NCBI GenBank assembly: GCA_046545615.1
Contig: JBKGZK010000003.1
Coordinates: 10,184-74,183, forward strand
Reading direction: 5' to 3'
Source: Natronomonas sp.
GTDB taxonomy: Archaea > Halobacteriota > Halobacteria > Halobacteriales > Haloarculaceae
DNA length: 64,000 nucleotides
The translations under genes and the position numbers were made by a program. This document shows positions 21,544 through 31,651 of this stretch, piece after piece (positions within the stretch are counted from its first letter, which is position 1; every line of letters begins with the position of its first letter). The notes below the pieces were generated by a model. The model was not told where the DNA came from and did not search any database. It was given only the letters and a program-made list of their open reading frames with translations.

Positions 21544-23475
21544 TTAGATTTCCCGAATTCGGGGATGATCGTCGGGGAGCGCGACGGCATCTTCATCGAG
21601 CAATGCCACCACCAGATAGGGCACGTAGGATTCGAGATACTCGACCAGACGGGCGATCCGTTCCGAGTCGATGGCCTCGAGGGAATCGAGGAGCACGAAT
21701 GGCACCTCCTCGTAGACTTCGTGTGCCAGATATCCCGCAAGCGCGAACACCAACCCCGTGACCTCGCGTTCGCTCTCGCTGAGGTGTTCGATCGTATCCT
21801 CGTAGGTCGTTCCGCTCTCGGTTCGCCGGATGATGTGAAGCTCGAAATGGCTCCGCATTACGCGGCGGCGGTCTTCAGTAACCGCTCGTTCGGTTCGTTC
21901 GAGCCAGATCCGGTCCAGGTTCTCGTAATCGAGGAGCTCCAGCACCGTCTCCATGTGTTCGTTGAACTCCTCGATCGCCTGCCGTTCCGTCCGTTCGATC
22001 TTGGTTCGAAGCGCCTCAAGTTCCTCGTTGAGTTCCTCATGTCGAATCTCGAGAATCTCTTCGCGAGAGAGTCGATCCTCGACGTCGGCGATCTCGGATT
22101 CGATGCGTTCGAGTTCCGACTCCAGGCGGCCGAGTTCGTGTTCGAGTTCGTTGGCCTCGTGGTGGAGTTCGAGGATTTCCTCTGAGGAGTCGTCCTCGAG
22201 GGCTTCGATCTCGCGTTCGATTGTTTCGATCTCCGCTTCGTACGTCTCTCGACGATCGGTCAGGCCATCGATCGTCGATCGGGTCGCTGCAATTTCGTCG
22301 TCGATTTCTTCGAGTCGAGACTCGACTTCCCGGTTTCGCCTCGTCCTGGCCTTCATCTCGCGGTGCCGAGCCTTGACGTTTTCAAGTTCGCCTTCGATAG
22401 CCGCGACGTCTTCGAGTTTCGACGAACTTAGTTCCCGCAGACGGTCGATAGTGGCGTCGATGTCCTCGGTCGAGACGGTCGTTCCACAGGTCCAGCATCG
22501 GACAGTTCCCCCTTCCAGAAGGCGGTCGGTGACCGAACCGTCGTTCGCAGAGAGCATGTCGACTTCGGCATCGTCGAGCAACGATTCGTTGAACTGGATG
22601 ACGCTCTGGAGGTCCCCAATTTCCTTCTCGAGAGCGTCCTTTTCGTCCCGGATCCGGCCGAGTTCCGTCTCGATTGACTCGAGGTCATCATCGGGTTCCG
22701 ACGGCAATTCCGCCCGTTGCGCCTTGAGTTCGCGCCGTTCGCTTCGGAGCGATTCGAGGCTGTTTCGTTCGGTTTCCAGTTCGTACCGAACCGACTCGAG
22801 ATTCGCCCGACAGTTTCCGAGCTCGGAGAGGTGTTCTTCGAGATCAGCTTTTTCTTCCCGGGATTGTTCGACGTCGAGGTCCCGTTCGTCGAGTTCGGCC
22901 TCGAGTTCCGCGAGCGCGGATTCGGTCTCTTCGAGTCGATCTCGCAACCGCTGTCGGTCCGCTTCGAGTCCGGGGAGGCGGTCCTTCAACTCATCGAGTT
23001 TCTCGAGCCGGTCCGTGATATCGCGACGTGATTCGAGGAGCCGATCGATCTCGGCTTCGATCTCGTCGAAATCGACCGGACGCATAATAATATCACGGAG
23101 ATCGTCCTCGGTCGCGACGGCGCGGCGAACCTCGTTCGATTCGAGCAGGAACGCGAAGAGATCCGCGAGTTCCGGATCGTCGAGATACGGTTCGCCGCGT
23201 GATTCGATGGTGTCGGCGTGACGCCGAAACCGCCGGTGATAGCGGTCGCCTTCGATCGTCAACTCGACGGACGCCTCGTCGGCGTCGCCCTTGATCGAAA
23301 CGCGATTGCTACCCAGGACGCCCATGAGCGCGGAGAGTAGGGACGTTCGATTCGACGCGTTCTGGCCAGCCAGAACGGTCACACCTGGACGAAATGACGC
23401 GGCGGTTTCATCGATGCCCCCGATGGCACGGACCGAAAGCTGAGCAGTTCCTTCCTGTATCTGGTCCGTGCACAT
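21544..23475 (-). CDS. Archaea-specific SMC-related protein (Sph family)
   Basis: Deviant Walker A GQNASNRTS, long acidic coiled coil with central CWTCG zinc hook, signature HLSESERE, Walker B LLDSLEAID. Confidence 0.9.
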   Translation of the reverse strand: MCTDQIQEGTAQLSVRAIGGIDETAASFRPGVTVLAGQNASNRTSLLSALMGVLGSNRVSIKGDADEASVELTIEGDRYHRRFRRHADTIESRGEPYLDDPELADLFAFLLESNEVRRAVATEDDLRDIIMRPVDFDEIEAEIDRLLESRRDITDRLEKLDELKDRLPGLEADRQRLRDRLEETESALAELEAELDERDLDVEQSREEKADLEEHLSELGNCRANLESVRYELETERNSLESLRSERRELKAQRAELPSEPDDDLESIETELGRIRDEKDALEKEIGDLQSVIQFNESLLDDAEVDMLSANDGSVTDRLLEGGTVRCWTCGTTVSTEDIDATIDRLRELSSSKLEDVAAIEGELENVKARHREMKARTRRNREVESRLEEIDDEIAATRSTIDGLTDRRETYEAEIETIEREIEALEDDSSEEILELHHEANELEHELGRLESELERIESEIADVEDRLSREEILEIRHEELNEELEALRTKIERTERQAIEEFNEHMETVLELLDYENLDRIWLERTERAVTEDRRRVMRSHFELHIIRRTESGTTYEDTIEHLSESEREVTGLVFALAGYLAHEVYEEVPFVLLDSLEAIDSERIARLVEYLESYVPYLVVALLDEDAVALPDDHPRIREI

Positions 23476-23492
23476 ATAATATAGTATTATAT
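23474..23492. promoter_or_regulatory. Perfect inverted repeat ATATAATA-tag-TATTATAT at the sph start (candidate operator)
   Basis: 8-bp arms seen directly, overlapping the start codon. Confidence 0.5.
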
Positions 23493-23617
23493 TCCACGCT
23501 GACACATAAAAATATTCATCGGTTCGGTGTCCGTCGATCAGGTAGCCTCGAATGTGTCGGGCATCCGGATCGATGAGATCCGAACCGGGTGCGTCTCGGA
23601 TCGAATTTGGTGTAAAG

Positions 23618-24232
23618 TCACTCTTCAACCGGGCAGTGACATCTGCCACGATCCAGCAGATCGACGACGTCGAACTGTCCGCCACACTCCTCACACACCA
23701 CTCGGACGTCGACGAGCGTCCGGAATTCGCCCAGGTGCAACTCGTCCGTGTTATGAAGTTGCTCGAGTTTGCTCTCCGTGACGGAGACGGTTCGCCCCCG
23801 GAGCTTCCTTATGTTCGTCGACTCCCTTTCGAGTCTGTCACCTGTCGACGGATCGAACTCGACGTCGCGATGCTTCGTCAGGTAGGTGCGAACGGCCTGA
23901 TAGGAGACGAAATCGTCGAGTAGTGAGTCGACCGGAACGCCCGCCCGTTCGAGACGACGGCGAATCCGGGTTCGGTCGGCACCACTGACCTCGTTTCCCG
24001 TCAGAAGGTCGTACGCGTTCTCGGCCTCTCCAGGAAGCGTCGAGACGCCCGCCTCGACCATCGCGGATCGCACGAGTTCGCGGTTAAAATCGGTCGCGAG
24101 CTCCCGCAGGCTTGATCTGTCCTCCGTAGCCGTCCACCGGGATTCGAGTTCGGCACCGATACCGTCGAGGTCGTACTCCTGGATGAGCCGGGTGACCTTG
24201 CTTCTCCTGTGGTCCATCTCCTCGTCGCTCAT
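23618..24232 (-). CDS. rdfA: Rod-determining factor RdfA family protein
   Basis: SKVTRLIQEYDL...W...SLRELATDFN, FVSYQAVRTYL, C-terminal CEECG...CHC; upstream of an Sph SMC-like gene as in Haloferax. Confidence 0.85.
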   Translation of the reverse strand: MSDEEMDHRRSKVTRLIQEYDLDGIGAELESRWTATEDRSSLRELATDFNRELVRSAMVEAGVSTLPGEAENAYDLLTGNEVSGADRTRIRRRLERAGVPVDSLLDDFVSYQAVRTYLTKHRDVEFDPSTGDRLERESTNIRKLRGRTVSVTESKLEQLHNTDELHLGEFRTLVDVRVVCEECGGQFDVVDLLDRGRCHCPVEE

Positions 24233-24300
24233 TACCAAACTTCAGGAGTGCCGGCGGTTAGGTTCTTTCCCGTCGTGTCCTCGAAATCGGTCCGTTCGGT

Positions 24301-24311
24301 CCCCCCCCCCC
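24301..24311. repeat. C11 homopolymer (G11 on rdfA strand) in the divergent intergenic region
   Basis: Eleven consecutive C seen directly. Confidence 0.85.
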
Positions 24312-24462
24312 GCCATCCTCGGCAATCGCCGTCTGCCAACCCCGTTTCGTACCGACGCGTCGGACGACGAGTTACCGCCGAGGCAAAAACCGGCAAACTG
24401 GACGCACACGCTGCAGGTGGAAACGACACCCATTTGGGGCGAGACCACAGATTTCGGATTGA

Positions 24463-25455
24463 ATGCAAAACGAAGGAGCGGTGTCGGGGACGGAGCGGCT
24501 GTCCGCCCCCCTCCGGCGGCTTGAATTCGACGTCGACTGGCCCCCTGGGCACGTCGCCACCTATCTCATAGAGGACGACGAACCCATCCTCGTCGACGCG
24601 GGGGACCCCGGCACGGCCAATGAAGAAACTCTCGTGAGCTCGCTGGCTGTAGCGGGATACGAGCTGGCGGACGTCGCCCACGTGGTCGTCACGCATCCAC
24701 ACATCGACCACGTGGGATTGCTCCCACAACTGTTGGAAGCGGGAACCCCGAAAGTCTACGCCCCGATATCCTACCGCGACTCCCTGCACCGCACGACGAA
24801 TTCGCTACGGTCGTCGGTCGAAACGACCGCCAGACGGATTGGATTGCCCGAATCGGCCATCGACACGGTCGTCGAGCGCTCGCTGGAACGGACAAAAGAG
24901 ATCCAGGAGTGTCTTCCCGAGTCGGCCGTCGACGTCTGGCTACCCCAGAACGACGCCATCGACGTGGGAGCCCGGACGTTCGAGACCATTCATACACCCG
25001 GCCACCAGCAAGATCACCTCTGCCTTTCGACCAAATTCGACGGCGACGACGTCCTATTTTCCGGCGATATGGTCATCGAACCCTTCCGGGCCGCCGCAGT
25101 CCACGCAAACCTCGATGCCGAACAAACGGACGCGATCGAGGCCTACTACGAATCCCTCGACCGCCTCGAGTCCCAGTCGTTCGACCGCGTTTTTCCGGGG
25201 CACGGTCCCGTCCACGAGGCCTACGACGAGGCCCTCGAGACGGCCCGAGAGAGCCTGGATCGTCTCCTTGACCGAACCGAAGCCGCCGTCAGGGAGTCGG
25301 GAACCCACGCCGGACACGCGGCTCGGAGTCGTTCGGAGGGATCCAACGACGGACCCTGGCTTCCAGAAGCCGTCGGTGCGCTCGCCTATCTCGAACGCCA
25401 GGGACGAGTCGAGAGCTACCTTGAGGACGACGTCCGATACTACGTCCCGGCCTGA
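24463..25455 (+). CDS. MBL-fold metallo-hydrolase
   Basis: THPHIDHVG (HxHxDH), HTPGH, FSGD, PGHG. Confidence 0.9.
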   Translation: MQNEGAVSGTERLSAPLRRLEFDVDWPPGHVATYLIEDDEPILVDAGDPGTANEETLVSSLAVAGYELADVAHVVVTHPHIDHVGLLPQLLEAGTPKVYAPISYRDSLHRTTNSLRSSVETTARRIGLPESAIDTVVERSLERTKEIQECLPESAVDVWLPQNDAIDVGARTFETIHTPGHQQDHLCLSTKFDGDDVLFSGDMVIEPFRAAAVHANLDAEQTDAIEAYYESLDRLESQSFDRVFPGHGPVHEAYDEALETARESLDRLLDRTEAAVRESGTHAGHAARSRSEGSNDGPWLPEAVGALAYLERQGRVESYLEDDVRYYVPA

Positions 25456-25485
25456 ATCCAGTCCGTTGCATCGGATGGTGGCTTC

Positions 25486-25974
25486 TCACTCCAGGTGACG
25501 AACGCGAAACGTCCCGTTGTCGCACTCGACCGTGATGAGCGATGGGTACTCGGCCGGTGCTGCACCGGTTGCGCTCCCTGGATTAAGTATCCGGACGCCG
25601 TCGACGACGGCGTCCGTCAGCCGGTGGGTGTGACCCCCCACGGCGACGTCGGCCTCGTACTCCGAGGCGAGATCCGCCAGCGCCCGACGATACGGTTCGC
25701 CGCGACCGAACCCGTCGCCGTGCGTAACGACGAATCGGACGCCACCACGGTCGACGGTGGCCACCTCCGGAAGGCCAAGCGACGGATCCATGTTTCCCAC
25801 GACGCCAGTAAACGAACCTCCGGCGAGGACGCGCTGGTCGAAGTGAGTCCGCGGCGAGTCGAAGTCTCCGGCGTGAATGAGGTGATCGCTCGTTTCGATC
25901 GCCTCGCGCACCCACCCGGGAAACCCGGACGCGCGAGAGGGAATGTGCGTGTCGCTGATGAGTGCGACCTGCAT
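25486..25974 (-). CDS. Metallophosphoesterase (YfcE/Vps29-like)
   Basis: ISDTH, HAGD, GNMD, THG, GHTH, NPGS. Confidence 0.92.
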   Translation of the reverse strand: MQVALISDTHIPSRASGFPGWVREAIETSDHLIHAGDFDSPRTHFDQRVLAGGSFTGVVGNMDPSLGLPEVATVDRGGVRFVVTHGDGFGRGEPYRRALADLASEYEADVAVGGHTHRLTDAVVDGVRILNPGSATGAAPAEYPSLITVECDNGTFRVRHLE

Positions 25975-26921
25975 CAGACGATCCGGTTTCGAAACTCGCC
26001 GGCACCGCTTCGATACCGTTCGAGATTGTCCTCTACGATGTCGGCGCAACGCTTCCAGTAGAACGGTGTCGACCCCGCCATGTGCGGCGTCACGATGACG
26101 TCACGTCGATCCCACAGCGGGGAACTCGACGGAAGTGGCTCCTCCTCGAAGACGTCCAGCGCGGCCCCCCGGAGTTCGCCGGATTCGAGTGCGTCGACGA
26201 GCGCCTCCTCGTCGATGATCTCGCCCCGCCCCACATTGACGACCACGGCACGGTCGTCGAGAAGATCCAACGCGGCTGCATCGATGAGTCCGCGAGTCTC
26301 GTCGGTCAGCGGACACGCGACGACGAGGTACGCCGATCGGTCGAGCAGTTCGTCGAGACCATCGGGGCCGTACACTTCATCGACGGCCTCGGGTGCCGTG
26401 GACGGATCTCGCTTCGTTCCCAGCACCGTCATACCGAGGGAACAGCATAACTCGGCCGCCCGTGACCCGATTGCACCCAGACCCACGATACCGACGGTCC
26501 GGCCGCGGAGTTCCCCGCCGAAGTAGCGGTTCCACTCGCCATCCCGTTGCTGGTGGATGCCGCGATGGATGTTCCGCTCGAAACTGAGGAGGTACCCGAG
26601 GATCTGTTCGGCGATCGGTTCGGCGTGAACGCCCGATGCTGTCGTCAGCACGATATCCCGCGCTTCGAGTTCGTCCAGCGGATACATATCGTAACCGGCC
26701 GAAAGCGCCTGAACCCACTGTAGATTCGGCGCGTCGTCGAGGAACCAGTCCTCGAACCGCTGGGTTACGAGCACCTCGGCGTCGAGGAGCAGTTCACGGA
26801 ACGCCGAATCCCCGTCAGCCTGCTGGATGTCAACGTCCTCGAGTCGGGTCGTGAGCTCCTCGAACAGTGCGTCGGATCCATCCCCGAGAATGCGGTGGGA
26901 CAACAGGACCGTCGGGTGCAT
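25974..26921 (-). CDS. D-2-hydroxyacid dehydrogenase
   Basis: GLGAIG, CPLTDETRGLI, NVGRG, GAALDVFEEEPLP, TPHMAG. Confidence 0.93.
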   Translation of the reverse strand: MHPTVLLSHRILGDGSDALFEELTTRLEDVDIQQADGDSAFRELLLDAEVLVTQRFEDWFLDDAPNLQWVQALSAGYDMYPLDELEARDIVLTTASGVHAEPIAEQILGYLLSFERNIHRGIHQQRDGEWNRYFGGELRGRTVGIVGLGAIGSRAAELCCSLGMTVLGTKRDPSTAPEAVDEVYGPDGLDELLDRSAYLVVACPLTDETRGLIDAAALDLLDDRAVVVNVGRGEIIDEEALVDALESGELRGAALDVFEEEPLPSSSPLWDRRDVIVTPHMAGSTPFYWKRCADIVEDNLERYRSGAGEFRNRIV

Positions 26922-27065
26922 ATGAACCTAGTGCCGTCGAGGGAATCAAAGAACGTTCGGTTGTGATACCCTACCCGTCCTGAAGGAGCGAGGGGGGCCG
27001 CTTGGAGTCCACCACCTAGGCACCCCAAACGTTGGTACTCCCCCATCCCCTACATGTATACATAT

Positions 27066-27698
27066 ATGCCAAAAATCGCCCCGTTCGAGGAACATACCGA
27101 ACGGTACGACGACTGGTTTGAGACGTACAAGGACGTCTACCTGTCGGAACTTTCGGCCTTGCGTCGTCTCGTCCCGGACACCGGCCGTGGAATCGAGATT
27201 GGGGTCGGGGGCGCACGGTTCGCCGCCCCCCTCGGGATCGACCTTGGCATTGATCCCTCCCCCGCGATGCTTGACCAGGCCCGCAAGCGGGGCGTCGACG
27301 TCGTCAGGGGCGTCGCCGAGTCGCTCCCGTTTCGATCGGGGACGTTCGACACCGTGTTGAACGTGACGACGATCTGTTTCGTCGACGACGTCGATCGAAC
27401 GCTTTCGGAAGCCGCGCGGGTCCTCACACCCACGGGCAGTCTCGTCATCGGCTTCATCGATGAGGACAGCCCCGTCGGCGAGATATATCGAGAAAAACAG
27501 GAAACCAACCCCTTCTACCGGGATGCCGAATTCGTGACTACCGAAGCGCTGGTTGCCGCCCTCGAATCGGCGGGATTCACCGACTTCGAATTCGTCCAGA
27601 CCATCTATCACTGGATCGAAGATGTCGAGGGGGTCGAACCTGTCGAGGAGGGATACGGCGACGGGTCATTCGTCGGGATCAAAGCGCACACCGAGTGA
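27066..27698 (+). CDS. Class I SAM-dependent methyltransferase
   Basis: IEIGVGGARFA, GIDPS..ML, GVAESLPF. Confidence 0.88.
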   Translation: MPKIAPFEEHTERYDDWFETYKDVYLSELSALRRLVPDTGRGIEIGVGGARFAAPLGIDLGIDPSPAMLDQARKRGVDVVRGVAESLPFRSGTFDTVLNVTTICFVDDVDRTLSEAARVLTPTGSLVIGFIDEDSPVGEIYREKQETNPFYRDAEFVTTEALVAALESAGFTDFEFVQTIYHWIEDVEGVEPVEEGYGDGSFVGIKAHTE

Positions 27699-27764
27699 GC
27701 GTGCTGACGACCTCGATCGGCCGGCGCAACATCCTTTAGCGAGAGCGTCGTAGTAAAATACGTC

Positions 27765-28220
27765 ATGTCCGAAGATCGCGTCGTCGAACTCCTCCGAAAA
27801 TCGTACAGCGACGAAATTGAAACGGTGATGAACTACCAGACGAACGCCATCGTTCTCGACGGCGTCCGGGCCGAAGAGATCAAAGAGAGTCTCACACAGG
27901 ACGTTCAGGAGGAACTCAGCCACGCCCAAAAGCTCGGCGAACGGCTCAAACAGCTCGACGCCCGGCCACCGGGATCCGCGGAGTTCGAATCCCGCCAGGA
28001 CTCGTTGCAACCGCCCGAGGACTCGACCGACGTCCTGTCGGTGATTCGGGGGGTACTCGACGCGGAAGAGGACGCGATCGAAACCTATCGCGAACTGATC
28101 GACGTGGCCGCGTCGGCGAACGACCCGGTGACCGAGGACCTCGCCGTGACCATTCTCGCTGACGAAGAAGCACACCGGACCGAATTCCGGGGCTTCGAAA
28201 AAGAGTACCGATCCGATTAA
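27765..28220 (+). CDS. Ferritin-like diiron protein
   Basis: Four-helix motifs DE...EELSH and E..AI..Y...DEEAH. Confidence 0.85.
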   Translation: MSEDRVVELLRKSYSDEIETVMNYQTNAIVLDGVRAEEIKESLTQDVQEELSHAQKLGERLKQLDARPPGSAEFESRQDSLQPPEDSTDVLSVIRGVLDAEEDAIETYRELIDVAASANDPVTEDLAVTILADEEAHRTEFRGFEKEYRSD

Positions 28221-28340
28221 TCGACCGCCCGATCCGGGCGATTCGAACGCTCGCCCCGTTTTCGCAGATGATCGTACCGATGCCAGCGAGTACTGGCGGA
28301 TATCGTCGGGTGACGCGCCGCGAACGGTATCCGAAAACTG

Positions 28341-29672
28341 CTATTCGTCAGCGAGGCGTCCAGGTCGCCACTCGCCATCGAACTCCTCGTGGAGAAACGG
28401 TTTCGCGTCGTCGCCTGCGTAAGTTCCCACGATTTGCCCGCTCCCCTCGAGGTGATACTTGTACGTCGTGAGTCCCTCGAGTCCGACCGGGCCCCTCGCG
28501 TGCGTCTTGCCCGTGCTGATACCCACCTCGGCGCCCAGTCCGAACCTGTAGCCGTCGCTAAATCGGGTCGAGGCGTTGTGAAAGACGCTCGCCGAATCGA
28601 TGCTTCGCATGAACGTGCTCGCCCGGTCTGCGTCCTGGGTCACGATGGAATCGGTGTGTTTCGACCCGTACGTGTTGACGTGATCGATGGCTCCGTCGAG
28701 GGATTCCACGATTTTGATCGACAGGACGAGATCGCCGTATTCCGTCGACCAGTCCGCCTCGCTCGCCTCGTCCATCTCGACCACCGCACGAGCGGCCTCG
28801 TCGCCACGGAGTTCGACACCCGCCTCGGCGTATCGATCGGTGACGTCCGGCAGGAAATCGGCCGCAACGTCCTTGTGAACCAACAGGGTCTCCACCGCGT
28901 TACAGACCGCGGGGTACTGGACTTTCGCGTCGTAGGCGATCTCCGACGCCATCGATAGATCGGCATCCTGGTCGACGAAAACGTGACAGATGCCCTCAGT
29001 ATGCCCGAGCACGGGGATACTCGTATTGTCCTGAATGTACCCGACGAACTCCGAACTCCCGCGCGGCATGAGGAGGTCGATCGACTCGTCCATCCCGAGC
29101 AACCGGGTGACGTCCTCGCGGGCTTCGACTAGCTGGACCCAACCCTCGGGGACGACGGCCGTCGCCTCTCGAATGATCTCGAAGAGTACCCGGTTCGAGT
29201 GGCTCGCCTCACTGCCTCCCTTCAGGATCACGGCGTTACCCGACTTTAGGCTGAGGGCGGCGATCTGCACCAGCGCGTCGGGCCTGGATTCAAAGACCGA
29301 CCCGACGACGCCGATGGGAACCGAGACCTTGTAGAGTTCGAGTCCATCGTCGAGACGTCTGGATTCGAGCGTTCGCTCAAGCGGGTCGGCCTGTTCGGCG
29401 ACGCTTCGAACCATTTCGGTGATGCTCCCGATCTTCGACGGCGAGAGTTCGAGCCGGTCGACCAGGGCTCGACTGTACTCGCCCTTTTCGAGCATCTCCT
29501 CTGCGGCCTCGACATCCGCATCGTTCGCCTCGAGGATTTCCTCGCGTCGGGATTCGATCGCGTCGGCGACGTCGTACAGCGCCGACTTCCGGTCCGTATC
29601 CGAAAGGTTCGCGAGTTTCAGTGCGGCGGAATTGGCCGCTTCGACTTTCGCTGTGGTGGATTTCTCAGTCAT
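28341..29672 (-). CDS. proA: Gamma-glutamyl phosphate reductase
   Basis: [45 protein letters not shown]...HARGP. Confidence 0.96.
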   Translation of the reverse strand: MTEKSTTAKVEAANSAALKLANLSDTDRKSALYDVADAIESRREEILEANDADVEAAEEMLEKGEYSRALVDRLELSPSKIGSITEMVRSVAEQADPLERTLESRRLDDGLELYKVSVPIGVVGSVFESRPDALVQIAALSLKSGNAVILKGGSEASHSNRVLFEIIREATAVVPEGWVQLVEAREDVTRLLGMDESIDLLMPRGSSEFVGYIQDNTSIPVLGHTEGICHVFVDQDADLSMASEIAYDAKVQYPAVCNAVETLLVHKDVAADFLPDVTDRYAEAGVELRGDEAARAVVEMDEASEADWSTEYGDLVLSIKIVESLDGAIDHVNTYGSKHTDSIVTQDADRASTFMRSIDSASVFHNASTRFSDGYRFGLGAEVGISTGKTHARGPVGLEGLTTYKYHLEGSGQIVGTYAGDDAKPFLHEEFDGEWRPGRLADE

Positions 29673-30498
29673 TGGTGGCTCCATTGATGGGGATGAATAT
29701 CGTCCCAACCTCAAGTCCGTCGGCGACGTTCTCGAGAACGTTCGGTTCGGTCGACCGTGCGATGATGGCCGGCGTCCCGTGCTCGCTCACCCGCCTGGCA
29801 CCGCTCACTTTGGTTCGAATGCCGCCAAATTCACCGGTCGCGCTCGCTTCGATGATGGACTCGACTTCGTCGTAGTTGTCCCCGACCGCCTCGATGAGGG
29901 TCGCATCTGGGTTCTCCTTGGGATTGCCGGTATAGACGCCGCCGACGTCCGTGAGCGTAACCAGGAGGTCGACGTCGACCCCGATCCCGACGGATGCAGA
30001 CAGCATGTCGTTGTCCCCGATCCGGATCTCTTCTGTCGCGACCGCGTCGTTTTCGTTGATGATGGGTACGACGTCCCACTCAAGCAGCGTCTCGATCGTG
30101 TTCCTGAAGTTCGTGAACCGTTCGGGATTGTTGAGATCCTCCTGCGTTACGAGTATCTGCGCCACCGTCCGACCGTACCGCTCGAAGCTCTCCGTATATC
30201 GCCGCATGAGGTGGCTCTGACCGATCGTTGAGAGGGCCTGCGATTCCTCGATGGTGGTGTCACCGCGATCGATTCGCCCCTTGCCGGCTCCGATCGCTCC
30301 TGACGAGACGAGGATGACCTCCTTGTCCCGGTCGATAAGCGAGACAATATCGTCGACCAGCTTGTCGAGTTTCCCGTCGTCGAGGTTCGAATCCTCGTCA
30401 GTGAGTGAGTTAGTCCCGGCCTTGACCACCACGCGTGCAGCGGCTGCGGCCTGTTGTCGTGCTCGGTCGATCGCGGTGCGTTCGACGACTTCACTCAT
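29665..30498 (-). CDS. proB: Glutamate 5-kinase (no PUA domain)
   Basis: VVKAGT, VSSGA, NENDAV, GDNDML, TDV, GGIRTK. Confidence 0.95.
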   Translation of the reverse strand: MSEVVERTAIDRARQQAAAAARVVVKAGTNSLTDEDSNLDDGKLDKLVDDIVSLIDRDKEVILVSSGAIGAGKGRIDRGDTTIEESQALSTIGQSHLMRRYTESFERYGRTVAQILVTQEDLNNPERFTNFRNTIETLLEWDVVPIINENDAVATEEIRIGDNDMLSASVGIGVDVDLLVTLTDVGGVYTGNPKENPDATLIEAVGDNYDEVESIIEASATGEFGGIRTKVSGARRVSEHGTPAIIARSTEPNVLENVADGLEVGTIFIPINGATND

Positions 30499-31267
30499 GG
30501 TCGAGTTCCTCGGCCAGCTCTCTGGATCGGTCGGTCGCGGCGGCAAGCGCCTCGCCAATCTCCGCCTCGACGTCGCTGTCCCACAGGACCTCCATGCCCT
30601 CGATCGTCGTCCCGTTCGGCGAACAAACCGCATCGATCAGGTCATCTACGCTCTCCTCGGATCGAAGGACGGTCTCTGCGGCCCCTTTGAACGTTTGAGC
30701 CGCAAGCGTCTCGGCGTCGTCCGGATGTAGGCCGGCCTCGATCCCGGCCTTCGCCATCGACTGGAGGAAATAATACACGAACGCCGGTCCGCTCCCATTG
30801 AGGGCCGTGGCGACATCCATCTGCGCCTCCTCGATCTCGACGTATTCGCCGAGGTCGTCGAGAATCTCGCGAACGTCCTCGTCGACGTCGTCCCACGTGA
30901 CGGCGGCCGCCATGGTTCCGTGTTCGGCCGCGAGATTCGGCATGACGCGAACCACGGTGGCGTCAGTCCGTGCTTCGACGAACTCGATCGGGACGCCCGC
31001 TGCGACCGTCACGAGCGTCTGGTCGGCCGACAGATCCAGCGATTGGAGCACGTCTCCCACGATATTCGGCTTTACAGCGACGACGATCACGGTCGAGTCG
31101 CTGGCCTCTTCGACGTCGGTCGTGGTTCGATCGGCGTACGGTTCGACGGCCTCGAGTGCGTTCGGATCAACGTCGTACGCCGTAATGCGGTGATTCCCGC
31201 TCTTCGAGAGGCCCTCGACCAGGGCACTGCCGAGATGTCCACATCCGATAATGGTTACGTCAGCCAT
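30491..31267 (-). CDS. proC: Pyrroline-5-carboxylate reductase
   Basis: [33 protein letters not shown]. Confidence 0.95.
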   Translation of the reverse strand: MADVTIIGCGHLGSALVEGLSKSGNHRITAYDVDPNALEAVEPYADRTTTDVEEASDSTVIVVAVKPNIVGDVLQSLDLSADQTLVTVAAGVPIEFVEARTDATVVRVMPNLAAEHGTMAAAVTWDDVDEDVREILDDLGEYVEIEEAQMDVATALNGSGPAFVYYFLQSMAKAGIEAGLHPDDAETLAAQTFKGAAETVLRSEESVDDLIDAVCSPNGTTIEGMEVLWDSDVEAEIGEALAAATDRSRELAEELDHE

Positions 31268-31546
31268 ACGATATCGTCTCGCTTGTTCGATCGGGCGTCA
31301 TTGATATACCGTCGTTGGTTTTCAGCCGAAGTGTATGTTACGTTCGGCGTCGTGCGTCGCGTGAACCGCTCGGGGTCAAGCCCCGAGGCACTCGGCCTGC
31401 TCCGCCTGTAGATTCTGCAACCACGGGCGTTGGGAATGAGGATGCCGAAACATGTACGCACCGTTGGAAAATGACTCGATAGCAAAAATGACGTCTATCG
31501 TCACCTCGACAGAGATTATTACTACGACCCCGATGTATTGCAAACT

Positions 31547-31651
31547 ATGAGACGCGACGGAGGTCCTGGATTGACGAGTCGTCGCTACTCGAACCGGTTC
31601 AGGAGCAATCGAACGAATCTCAAGACCGATTTTCGTGATCTCGCATGGTAG
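31547..31651 (+). other. Candidate upstream ORF (34 aa) overlapping the ZIP start
   Basis: MRRDGGPGLTSRRYSNRFRSNRTNLKTDFRDLAW*; TTATTA at -31..-26; stop lies within ATGGTAG of the ZIP gene. Confidence 0.3.

Noticed and set aside
27051-27068. Short palindromes (TACATGTA, ATGTATACAT) at the methyltransferase start
   Set aside because: Too short to support a claim without comparative data
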